DNA of 32,000 nt, taken from NCBI RefSeq assembly GCF_000012285.1, contig NC_007181.1:2193960-2225959 (forward strand). Reading direction: 5' to 3'. Shown one piece after another: positions 8,901-16,876 of this stretch (the first letter of the stretch is position 1; each line of letters opens with the position of its first letter). The notes under the pieces were generated by a model, which did no database searches, was not told where the DNA came from, and worked only from the letters and a program-made list of their open reading frames with translations. Origin of the DNA: Sulfolobus acidocaldarius DSM 639. GTDB taxonomy: Archaea > Thermoproteota > Thermoprotei_A > Sulfolobales > Sulfolobaceae. Both the position numbers and the translations under genes were made by a program.

Positions 8901-10212
8901 AAGGAGTACTGTACCAATTACCTGTTAGTGTAATTGTTGTTCCAGCTGGACCACCTATCTCATATACTGGTAAGGTATATTTGTTAGAACTTGTAGTAAC
9001 AGTTACACCCTGTGGTAAGAAATTAGTAGAGCTTGGATATTCGACTACTAATTTAGTGACATATTCAACTGGAGTTGTTGAGTTTGTACTCCCTACTACT
9101 AGTAAGTATACGTAGAACTTCTTGCCATTTATAGTGAAATTACCTGATGGATTTATAGTTAGTGCACCTGCAGTTAATTGAGTGCTGTTAGATATTATAC
9201 CTAAGAAACTCTCGTAACCATTAGAGAATTTATATGATAAGTAGGTAAAGCTTGTAGGTAAATTGTTTATAGATGCAATCCATGCTAATTGAGCCATATT
9301 TATTGTTAGTGGACCAGGTACTGAGTAGTTCAGCTGGAATGTGAATGGAACTGAACCAGACGCATATGTATCAATTAATGTTGTATTGATTAGAGCTCTT
9401 CCCCATATTACAGGATGATAGTATGCTTCAGATGATAATGAACCTAAGTTACCATTTACTTGCATTGGGTTATATAATCCAGCCTGGTATGGACTGTTAG
9501 AGAATATGAATGGTGCATATAATATTACAGGTACTGTAGAACCACTGAAGCTTTGACCACCTAGTGTAAAGGAAGTCAATGTCCCAGAAACTACTCCTTC
9601 TTGCATGTTTGTATTAGCTTGTGTTGTATAACTGTTATAACTTGTCAAGACTGGATTGGTTCCTAAAATTTGTTGACCAGTAGAAGTGTCAATTAAACTA
9701 CCAAAAGGAGTTGAGCTAACTGAAGTAACTTGCGCACCAGTCTCGTCATATGGTTGAGCAGTTAGTAGACCTGGTAAATATTTAGATAGGTAGCTTAATG
9801 GTATATTAACAGAGGTCGTAGTATATGGATATAGGAAACTAACTACAACAAACACTACTTTATCTACAGAATCATAATATGCGTTGTAACCACTGGTTGG
9901 GAATCTAACCGTCACTGAACCCGTTGTAGCACCTGTCTGAGCGTTTTCTGTTTTAGCATTTATTTGAATGTTGGATACTACTGTGGATATTACGTTTGTG
10001 ACATTTGAACTAGAGACTTGGATGTTGGACACATTTACTACAAATAATACTAATCCGGAAGCTGGAGCTCCGGAACCTGTTAATAGGTAAGCCTGTATTC
10101 CGCCTGCAGACACTGGTGGAGTTAGTGCTGTCGTTGTTATTGCTGGAGCTATTCCAATTAATATTGAAGCTAGGAATAGAGAGGATACAAGAAGACCTAC
10201 GAGTTTATTCAT
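5938..10212 (-). CDS. slaA: S-layer outer lattice glycoprotein SlaA
   Basis: Very large secreted beta-rich protein with a signal peptide (MNKLVGLLVSSLFLASILIGIAPA), extreme Thr/Ser/Val/Asn content, dozens of N-x-S/T sequons and almost no charged residues. Followed by slaB. The ATG at 10212 gives 1424 aa; the ORF-track start at 10227 is a TTG. Confidence 0.95.
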   Translation of the reverse strand: MNKLVGLLVSSLFLASILIGIAPAITTTALTPPVSAGGIQAYLLTGSGAPASGLVLFVVNVSNIQVSSSNVTNVISTVVSNIQINAKTENAQTGATTGSVTVRFPTSGYNAYYDSVDKVVFVVVSFLYPYTTTSVNIPLSYLSKYLPGLLTAQPYDETGAQVTSVSSTPFGSLIDTSTGQQILGTNPVLTSYNSYTTQANTNMQEGVVSGTLTSFTLGGQSFSGSTVPVILYAPFIFSNSPYQAGLYNPMQVNGNLGSLSSEAYYHPVIWGRALINTTLIDTYASGSVPFTFQLNYSVPGPLTINMAQLAWIASINNLPTSFTYLSYKFSNGYESFLGIISNSTQLTAGALTINPSGNFTINGKKFYVYLLVVGSTNSTTPVEYVTKLVVEYPSSTNFLPQGVTVTTSSNKYTLPVYEIGGPAGTTITLTGNWYSTPYTVQITVGSTPTLTNYVSQILLKAVAYEGINVSTTQSPYYSTAILSTPPSEISITGSSTITAQGKLTATSASATVNLLTNATLTYENIPLTQYSFNGIIVTPGYAAINGTTAMAYVIGALYNKTSDYVLSFAGSQEPMQVMNNNLTEVTTLAPFGLTLLAPSVPATETGTSPLQLEFFTVPSTSYIALVDFGLWGNLTSVTVSAYDTVNNKLSVNLGYFYGIVIPPSISTAPYNYQNFICPNNYVTVTIYDPDAVLDPYPSGSFTTSSLPLKYGNMNITGAVIFPGSSVYNPSGVFGYSNFNKGAAVTTFTYTAQSGPFSPVALTGNTNYLSQYADNNPTDNYYFIQTVNGMPVLMGGLSIVASPVSASLPSSTSSPGFMYLLPSAAQVPSPLPGMATPNYNLNIYITYKIDGATVGNNMINGLYVASQNTLIYVVPNGSFVGSNIKLTYTTTDYAVLHYFYSTGQYKVFKTVSVPNVTANLYFPSSTTPLYQLSVPLYLSEPYYGSPLPTYIGLGTNGTSLWNSPNYVLFGVSAVQQYLGFIKSISVTLSNGTTVVIPLTTSNMQTLFPQLVGQELQACNGTFQFGISITGLEKLLNLNVQQLNNSILSVTYHDYVTGETLTATTKLVALSTLSLVAKGAGVVEFLLTAYPYTGNITFAPPWFIAENVVKQPFMTYSDLQFAKTNPSAILSLSTVNITVVGLGGKASVYYNSTSGQTVITNIYGQTVATLSGNVLPTLTELAAGNGTFTGSLQFTIVPNNTVVQIPSSLTKTSFAVYTNGSLAIVLNGKAYSLGPAGLFLLPFVTYTGSAIGANATAIITVSDGVGTSTTQVPITAENFTPIRLAPFQVPAQVPLPNAPKLKYEYNGSIVITPQQQVLKIYVTSILPYPQEFQIQAFVYEASQFNVHTGSPTAAPVYFSYSAVRAYPALGIGTSVPNLLVYVQLQGISNLPAGKYVIVLSAVPFAGGPVLSEYPAQLIFTNVTLTQ

Positions 10213-10249
10213 ACTTTTCACTTTCAAGGAAAAACATCAGGGAAAATAG

Positions 10250-10257
10250 TTTAAAAA
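10250..10257 (-). promoter_or_regulatory. candidate slaA TATA box
   Basis: Minus strand TTTTTAAA lies 38-45 nt upstream of the ATG at 10212, implying a short 5-prime leader. Assigned by position and composition only. Confidence 0.35.
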
Positions 10258-10898
10258 CTCTTTTATACACATGTATACAATAGTATATGTGTTAAAATCT
10301 ATGTTATAATTATTTTAAATCTATTTTAGAAGAGTTATAAATTCTATGTTATAAGCGTCCACTTAGGGTAAGCTAGATAATTCAGAAACCAAGTGAAAGA
10401 ACACCCTTTAGACTTCCAAATTCCCTTCGAAATTGATTAACCATATAGCTAATAGGGCATATAAAGAAGAGGCTTAGATTCCTTAGACATTTACCGATAT
10501 TTAAAATAGATAAAATATTCAGTCAAGTCTATTATATCACTATATTCCTAATCAACGTTAACTTTTCCATTAGAAAATATTTTTAGTTGTGTAATTTCCA
10601 CAGCCAAAAGAGAATTAAGTACAGACGGAGTGTAAAATTTATGGTGGAACTGACTACATAATGGATAAATGAAATCCACTAGTAAATACCTCGGCGAGAT
10701 AAAGTACTATTAGTTTGCTGTATATTTCAGTTTTTTATAACACCTTTTATTTTATAAATTTCTAGCTATCTTCTATAACCTTAGCTAAATCCCTTTATAA
10801 ATATCAAGGACTATAACATTCTTTTGTAACTACATACTAAATTTACTCTAGTATATCGAAACTCATGTTTTCATATACCAATGTAGTCATCGGAGAAA

Positions 10899-10907
10899 TT
10901 TTATTTA
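10899..10907 (+). promoter_or_regulatory. candidate TATA box of the 646-aa surface protein gene
   Basis: TTTTATTTA centred about 30 nt upstream of the ATG at 10933, consistent with a leaderless or near-leaderless transcript. Confidence 0.35.
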
Positions 10908-10932
10908 CTCAGTTTGTTACTGTAGTGTCAAC

Positions 10933-12873
10933 ATGAAAACCGTAAAAAGTGTAAGTATTGTAGGTCTAATACTCCTCTCCTTATGCCTGAATACATTCCT
11001 ATTCACCTCACAGACTACTGCTGGTAATCAGACAACGAATTCTAACGCGGGAGTCTATATTGCACCAAATAATCTGTTAAACCCATTAGCCTCCTCTCCA
11101 CCCACTATTCCAGTGTTTACCACAACAAACCAGGCAACATTTACTTTTTATGTAATAAATAGTAGAAGTACTCAAGCTACCATTCCAGTCTATGTAGATT
11201 CCTCCCTTTATACAACTCTCACTCTACCACCATACTCGTACAAACCAATTTCACTTCAACTAAGCACCGGTTTGCACACAATTTCTGCTAATAGCGAGAC
11301 AGTTAATGTAAATGTCACAACTGTTCAGAACGCGATTAATGGTATTATGTACTTAAATGGCACACCAACTTTAATTACTATCAACGCTAATCCTGGAAAG
11401 GTCTACAGTCTCTTCTATTCCTACTCACCACAAGTCCAAAACCTTAGCTTGATCTCTCAAGGGTTCATAACCAACTTAGCAAATAACTACTGGGAGACCT
11501 CTTACGTTTTTCCAAGCCCAGGTAATAAGTTGTTAATAATAGTACCACAGAATATATCTCAGGGGCTTTACTACGCATATTATTACTCTGTCTTCGCAGG
11601 GTTTGTAAACGGTACAGAAATTCCTAACTCTTATGTCTACGGTATAGTACTTATTAACGTGAGTTATGGCATACCTTCTTCATTACCATCTCCAGTTAAA
11701 TACTTTGGACAAGGAGGAATAAGCGCATTTGTTGAGAATATATCAGGAAATACTTATCTACAAATAAACTATCCGTTCTCTTTCCAGAATGTATATAACG
11801 TAACTGTATTGACTAACGGAAAAGAACAGACATACATACTCACTAACACCTCAGGAGGTAATTATGTAATTTTAGGAACCCCCTACAGTCCCTCAGTCTA
11901 TGGTACAAATACTCAGTGGAGCTATTCCAACAGCTCAATAATGCTAAAATTACCTCAGTTCAGTAGTGGAATAGTTAAAGTCACAGGACCTTATGGTAAT
12001 GCCGTAGTTAACTTGAGTGAATCTAGTAAGATTAGCTTGGTTACTACTACCCTTAAAGTGGTCTCCGTGAATGGCTCTCCAATTCAAGGGGCTACAATAG
12101 ATGTATATAACATGACCACCAAGTCCCTTATTACTACTTTGCAGACAAATTCAACAGGTTTAACTGCTCTTCAATTACCGCAGGGTACTCAAGTGGAAAT
12201 ATATGTTAAAGCAAACGGCTATTTATCAAATTCAACAGTACTCAACGTTACACAACAGGGAGAACTGACAATATACTTAAAGCCCATAGTCGTGAGCATT
12301 ACTCCATCAGTGGTTTTAGTTAATGGCACACAAACCTCACTGGTCTTAACCAAAACAGGTTATGAGTTGGCAAAGAACATTACAGTTGGTTCAACAATAG
12401 AGTTTAACTTTACTGTAAAAGTTAGCGGAATGGTTATGAACAACGTCTCAGTAACTGCGTATATTAATGGTAATATGGTAACAGTTGAGTCATTAGGTAA
12501 TGGTAACTACTCTGTAGTATTCAAACCTACCAACACGGGAACATATAATTTAACATTAGTTGCAAACTATAATGGAGTGAGCAACAGAACAATGATAGAA
12601 TTTTACACACATCAATTGCCTGTAACCACTGGAACCAGTACATCAACTAGTACAACAACTAGTACGACGACTTCTACTACAACTAGCTCAACCAGTAGTA
12701 CAACAACTAGCAGTGCCACAACAACAACTTCCACTTCAACTATTACTACTACTCCACAGAGTAGTTCCACAAAACCTTCAACGAGTTCAGGATTTCCCGT
12801 GATTCCAGTAATAATAGTGGTAATAATAGTAATTGTAATTGTAGCAATCATACTCTTGATAAGGAGAAGATAA
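10933..12873 (+). CDS. secreted, heavily N-glycosylatable surface protein with carboxypeptidase-regulatory-like domain, Thr/Ser stalk and C-terminal TM anchor
   Basis: Signal peptide (VSIVGLILLSLCLNTFLF), more than 20 N-x-S/T sequons, a domain LKVVSVNGSPIQGATIDVYNMTT...TNSTGL...GYLSNSTVLNV alignable by eye to a SlaB domain, a 56-aa T/S tract, and TM helix FPVIPVIIVVIIVIVIVAIILLI followed by RRR. Confidence 0.85.
   Translation: MKTVKSVSIVGLILLSLCLNTFLFTSQTTAGNQTTNSNAGVYIAPNNLLNPLASSPPTIPVFTTTNQATFTFYVINSRSTQATIPVYVDSSLYTTLTLPPYSYKPISLQLSTGLHTISANSETVNVNVTTVQNAINGIMYLNGTPTLITINANPGKVYSLFYSYSPQVQNLSLISQGFITNLANNYWETSYVFPSPGNKLLIIVPQNISQGLYYAYYYSVFAGFVNGTEIPNSYVYGIVLINVSYGIPSSLPSPVKYFGQGGISAFVENISGNTYLQINYPFSFQNVYNVTVLTNGKEQTYILTNTSGGNYVILGTPYSPSVYGTNTQWSYSNSSIMLKLPQFSSGIVKVTGPYGNAVVNLSESSKISLVTTTLKVVSVNGSPIQGATIDVYNMTTKSLITTLQTNSTGLTALQLPQGTQVEIYVKANGYLSNSTVLNVTQQGELTIYLKPIVVSITPSVVLVNGTQTSLVLTKTGYELAKNITVGSTIEFNFTVKVSGMVMNNVSVTAYINGNMVTVESLGNGNYSVVFKPTNTGTYNLTLVANYNGVSNRTMIEFYTHQLPVTTGTSTSTSTTTSTTTSTTTSSTSSTTTSSATTTTSTSTITTTPQSSSTKPSTSSGFPVIPVIIVVIIVIVIVAIILLIRRR
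12622..12789 (+). repeat. low-complexity Thr/Ser-rich stalk-coding tract
   Basis: Reiterated ACT/ACA/AGT/ACG codons encode VTTGTSTSTSTTTSTTTSTTTSSTSSTTTSSATTTTSTSTITTTPQSSSTKPSTSS. This tract creates the spurious antisense ORF 12612-12851. Confidence 0.8.
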
Positions 12874-12892
12874 GGGAAGGACAGGTATTAAT

Positions 12893-12919
12893 AAAAAATT
12901 TTTTATCGATTGTATTTTT
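12893..12919. terminator. bidirectional oligo-A/oligo-T terminator between convergent genes
   Basis: AAAAAATTTTTT (12893-12904) gives a T6 run on both strands about 20 nt after the stop at 12873. A further T5 run lies at 12915-12919. Confidence 0.45.
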
Positions 12920-13103
12920 ATGTTCAGAAGTTTTCCTTATCAGCTTTACTTGTGGACTAACTTCAGATATCAGCTCAACTAGAAACAGCTTGCAGTGGAC
13001 TCGACATGTTTAGCTATTCATATAGGTTTAACAGGATAAGATACTAGTTATGGATAACTTTGTATGTTGTAAGTAATGAACAATTTTGTATACACTTGGT
13101 GGT

Positions 13104-13532
13104 TTAATCAGTAGCTATTATTCTACTTAGTTTTTTAACGTGATTAACATAGAACAATAATTCATGCCTATTTAATCTGGTTTCATGAAACCCTTCCACA
13201 TGAAGTATCCAGGCGGATTTCCAGATGTCACTCAAATCTTTATAGTATAACGAAAGCTGCTTTACAGCTAAGAAGAGTAAATCCGCCCTCCACCTGTCAA
13301 TCTTTCTAAGGTCTTTGAGAACAGGAATTTGATGTTTTATCGCTAGAAGTTTTATTGCCTCCTCAGCAGCCTTATAATACTTCTCAGAAGCCTGAACCAA
13401 ATCACCCAAACCTAAAAACTCATCCCCTTCCCTCAAATACACTTCAGCAGCAGTTTCTACTAGCATCAAGTTATCATATTCAAATGAAAATTTAGGAACA
13501 TTATAAGAAAGCCCTAAAGAGGACAAGCCCAT
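13104..13532 (-). CDS. PaREP1-family (HEPN-like helical) protein
   Basis: AAEVYLREGDEFLGLGDLVQASEKYYKAAEEAIKLLAIKHQIP resembles the archaeal PaREP1 family N-terminal helix pair. The ORF-track start at 13538 is a TTG; the ATG at 13532 is preferred. Confidence 0.55.
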   Translation of the reverse strand: MGLSSLGLSYNVPKFSFEYDNLMLVETAAEVYLREGDEFLGLGDLVQASEKYYKAAEEAIKLLAIKHQIPVLKDLRKIDRWRADLLFLAVKQLSLYYKDLSDIWKSAWILHVEGFHETRLNRHELLFYVNHVKKLSRIIATD

Positions 13533-13819
13533 TTTCAACCTTTATCGATGTGAGTACATAAATTACACGACTAATTAGAACTAACTTCTTACCTAAAAAC
13601 CAAACCTTAGTAAGTCTCTGTAACTGAACACTAGGATAAGGAGGGAGAGTTCTTTTTCAGAACTTCAAAAGTTGGTAAAATCAAGAGATGACTTTTTACG
13701 TTGTAATATTCTAGATATTATGCGAATATACTTTTCAATTATTTGGAAGCTAATTGCCATTATCGCTATACGTCTAATACGAAAAAATTAAATTGGGTAG
13801 GAGTCATATTAGATTTCAT

Positions 13820-13893
<74 letters not shown>

Positions 13894-14218
13894 CATTTAT
13901 TAAATGTGTGTATTGAAACCTACATGTATACCTTTTCTATGATAATAAGGAATAATTTAATATTGCAGAATGCGTAAATAGAGTTACTAATTTAATAAGA
14001 TGTATAAATATGGATTCTTAATTTTATTTAGAATTTATTAAGTTTATTATCTAGTATATCACAGATTTCCAATTTTTCATATTATACATTTCATTGTAGA
14101 ATGGAAAACACACTAAGTTGTTTATTGGTACTTTGGGTAAAAAGATGCTTATCATGCTAATCTAAGTGAGGTCTGTTTCTATCCAAAATAGTAACTTTGT
14201 TTACTCTAAATTCCCTCC

Positions 14219-14917
14219 TCATTTATTTAACCTCCTTATTCTTTCCTTTAGATCCTCTACGTTCTTTAGCGTAGATATTATTATGGTTATGTTGTCTCTC
14301 TCAGCTAACATCAGCGATAGTGGATCTATTCTCACGGGTCTATGAAAAACAACTATGGATGGCTTAATAGGGGCAATTTTAAGTGCGATCATCGGTGATC
14401 TTCCAGTACTTACACTGGTGAAAATTACCACTCTACCTATCATGAAATTAAGTAGTTGATAAAATTCAAGTCCCTTTAGGCTTGTTATTGCCTTTATACT
14501 ATCTGTGATTAACCAGCCGAAGACACTGGTCTCAGGGATTGAGGAGTTGGGTAATATGCCATCGACTGCCATTACAATGTCGTCTATAGACACAGGAGAA
14601 TTATAATCTCCTAAATCGTCTATGAAAGGAAGCATTAAGGTGTAACCTTTAATTAACTCGTTTATTACATTGTAACCTCTTTCAATATCTATATTAACAA
14701 GAGCTAAAACGAACCTTTTAACAAATTCAACTCCGGGTTTTCTTCGACCCTTCTCGTAATCGGCTATTACTGATTGGGATATACCTAGATATCTAGCCAA
14801 CTCACCCTGAGAAACATGAAAAATATCTCTCCATTTTCTCATTGAGGAACCTGGATTATCACTGAATCCAATATCCCCTACGATCCTCTTTGCCAACGAT
14901 TCAATAATGTAGTCCAC
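14219..14917 (-). CDS. XRE-type helix-turn-helix transcriptional regulator with uncharacterised C-terminal domain
   Basis: VSQGELARYLGISQSVIADYEKGRRKP is a classic HTH_3 motif. 232 aa. The ORF-track start is a GTG at 14917 and the next Met is at residue 26, so the start is uncertain. Confidence 0.7.
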   Translation of the reverse strand: MDYIIESLAKRIVGDIGFSDNPGSSMRKWRDIFHVSQGELARYLGISQSVIADYEKGRRKPGVEFVKRFVLALVNIDIERGYNVINELIKGYTLMLPFIDDLGDYNSPVSIDDIVMAVDGILPNSSIPETSVFGWLITDSIKAITSLKGLEFYQLLNFMIGRVVIFTSVSTGRSPMIALKIAPIKPSIVVFHRPVRIDPLSLMLAERDNITIIISTLKNVEDLKERIRRLNK

Positions 14918-14954
14918 AGAAAAATCTATTAATTATGTGAAAAATAAATTAGTG

Positions 14955-15030
14955 GGGCCCGTGGTCTAGCTAGGATTAGGATGCGGCGTTCGGGTCGCCG
15001 TGGTCCCGGGTTCAAATCCCGGCGGGCCCA
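14955..15030 (+). tRNA. tRNA-Pro (anticodon CGG)
   Basis: Hand-folded cloverleaf. Acceptor GGGCCCG/CGGGCCC. D stem GTCT/GGAT. Anticodon stem CGGCG/CGCCG with loop TTCGGGT. T arm CCGGG-TTCAAAT-CCCGG. Discriminator A. A T5 run lies 22 nt downstream. Confidence 0.95.
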
Positions 15031-15210
15031 AACTACAAAGTCTTAAGTTGATTTTTGAACCGTCAAGTGACGGTTGACGATTCTGACAGTTGTAACTAGT
15101 TGGATTAGATTTTAGAAAATTTTAGAATTATATGTAAGAATGAGCTTCAAGGAATAAACAAAAACTAAAGAGATACTAACCAAATATTAAACGGGCAAAT
15201 ACTAAAATAA

Positions 15211-15561
15211 CTACTTGTTTTCTCCCTCAGTTAACGCAAGGATGGCTTTTGCTATATCTCCATTAGATTTCTCCAGTGCTTCCCTAGCCTCCTTCTCACT
15301 CTTACCTGTCTGCTCCATTATGAACTTCACGTCCTCCTCCTTAATCTCAACCTTTTGCTGTTGTTTACTCTCTTCTCTGGCACTCCCCATTACACTAAAT
15401 ACTTCCTGTCCTTGAGCTAACATCTTAACTACTACAGGGTTATCTATAACTAGTATCTTATCCTGGAGTTCTATTGTAACCTTTACTGCATTCAATTGCT
15501 CGGTTTTCAACCCAAGCATTCTCTCTAAGTCCTTCATCTGCTTAGGATTGAATTTTGGCAC
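15211..15561 (-). CDS. nac: nascent polypeptide-associated complex protein (archaeal NAC, NAC + UBA domains)
   Basis: N-terminal NPKQMKDLERMLGL, a central NAC beta-barrel segment and a C-terminal UBA-like EKEAREALEKSNGDIAKAILAL. The start appears to be a GTG at 15561. Confidence 0.9.
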   Translation of the reverse strand: MPKFNPKQMKDLERMLGLKTEQLNAVKVTIELQDKILVIDNPVVVKMLAQGQEVFSVMGSAREESKQQQKVEIKEEDVKFIMEQTGKSEKEAREALEKSNGDIAKAILALTEGENK

Positions 15562-15607
15562 ATAATATATTACTTAACTCAAACTTAATAGTTTGGCGGT
15601 TGAATTA

Positions 15608-16876
15608 ATGCCTATGGATTCAGTGAAGATACTGGGCGGAGGAAGAGAAGTAGGGAGGGCAGCCATTGAAGTAAGTAAAGGGGACTCAGCCATAATTTTA
15701 GATTACGGTGTAAACTTTGATCAGAACGATAATCCTAACCTCCCTTTGCAGGAAACGCCAAATAGAGTAAAAGGTTTCGTAGTCTCACATTCACATCTTG
15801 ATCACGTCGGGTCTTTGCCCCTATACCAAATATCGGGCAGTTATCCAGTGTTTGGAACCATGATGACCAAATTGATCACAGAGTTAATGTTAAAGGACTT
15901 CCTCAAACTTTCTGGTGCTAGACTTCCCTTTGAATGGATGGAAGTAAAGAGAACAATGGATAATTTCAGGACAGTGAACTATTACCAGGAATTTGAGATA
16001 GACACTTTTAAGGTGGAACTCGGAAACGCTGGTCATATTCCGGGAAGTTCCATGATCAAGGTGAAAACAGATAAACATAACATTGTTTACACAGGAGACA
16101 CAAATGTCATTAACACGAAGTTAGTAGGTCCAGCAGATCTCAACTTCCTATCAGATGCAGATGTGCTTGTAATCGAGAGCACTTATGGAAAATACAACCA
16201 CCCGAAGAGGGAAGAAGTGGAGGAGGAGTTTTATAATTCTGTTAGGGAGGTAGTTGAAGGAGGAGGGGTTGTGCTTGTACCATCATTTAGTCTAGCAAGG
16301 AGCCAAGAAATTTTAGCTCTATTAGCAGATAAGAAATTCGATTACCCCGTTTATTATGACGGCATGGTTAAGGAAATAACCGAGTTGATGATACAGAACC
16401 CTGAGTTTATCAATAATTATGACGCTTTAAAGAGAGCACATAAATTCTACCGTTATGTAAATGGGTGGAATGATAGGAACAAGGCAATAAAGGGTGAAGG
16501 TGCAATAGTGAGTAGTGCAGGCATGTTGAAGGGTGGTCCAGCAGTCTACTACTTCAAGAAGATAGCTGAAAGTCCTAGAAATGGGGTATTCTTAGTGAGT
16601 TATCAGGCTGAGAACACTCCCGGAAGAAGGTTATTGGAGACAGGAAAGTTTGATGAATATTCCCCCATGCTCAAGGCGAGGTTCCAGATCTTTGATTTCT
16701 CAAGCCATGCCGGTAAATCCCAATTGTTGGAGATGATTAAAAGTTCGAAGAAATTAGAGAAAGTTATCCTAGTTCATGGAGACCCCTCTAGCAGTTCAGC
16801 ACTTGCAAACGAAATAAAGGAGAAGATAGGTGTTGATGTAGAAGTACCGGAAAACGGTAAGGAGATTAACCTATGA
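15608..16876 (+). CDS. beta-CASP metallo-beta-lactamase-fold ribonuclease (aCPSF2-like 5-prime to 3-prime exoribonuclease)
   Basis: HSHLDHVG (HxHxDH) motif, beta-CASP-type central region and C-terminal HGD. About 420 aa, as for archaeal aCPSF2. The ORF track starts at a TTG (15593); the ATG at 15608 or 15614 is more plausible. Confidence 0.85.
   Translation: MPMDSVKILGGGREVGRAAIEVSKGDSAIILDYGVNFDQNDNPNLPLQETPNRVKGFVVSHSHLDHVGSLPLYQISGSYPVFGTMMTKLITELMLKDFLKLSGARLPFEWMEVKRTMDNFRTVNYYQEFEIDTFKVELGNAGHIPGSSMIKVKTDKHNIVYTGDTNVINTKLVGPADLNFLSDADVLVIESTYGKYNHPKREEVEEEFYNSVREVVEGGGVVLVPSFSLARSQEILALLADKKFDYPVYYDGMVKEITELMIQNPEFINNYDALKRAHKFYRYVNGWNDRNKAIKGEGAIVSSAGMLKGGPAVYYFKKIAESPRNGVFLVSYQAENTPGRRLLETGKFDEYSPMLKARFQIFDFSSHAGKSQLLEMIKSSKKLEKVILVHGDPSSSSALANEIKEKIGVDVEVPENGKEINL

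Noticed and set aside
10213-10227. Upstream TTG start giving SlaA a 5-residue extension (MKVKS); a similar 2-residue MC extension for SlaB at 5868-5873
   Set aside because: An ATG follows immediately in both cases and yields a standard signal peptide (MNKLVGLL.../MNKNLAIL...). For slaB the SD-like GGGTG spacing fits only the downstream ATG.
12612-12851. 79-aa Val/Glu/Leu-rich ORF antisense to the end of the 646-aa gene
   Set aside because: It is an artefact of reading the Thr/Ser codon repeat (ACT/AGT/ACA) on the opposite strand.
13894-14218. AT-rich 325-bp region downstream of tRNA-Ala as a possible integrated-element remnant; tRNA genes are common attachment sites
   Set aside because: I found no direct repeat of the tRNA 3-prime half, no integrase fragment and no foreign-looking genes. 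The 22-nt identity between the two tRNAs is simply the conserved T arm.
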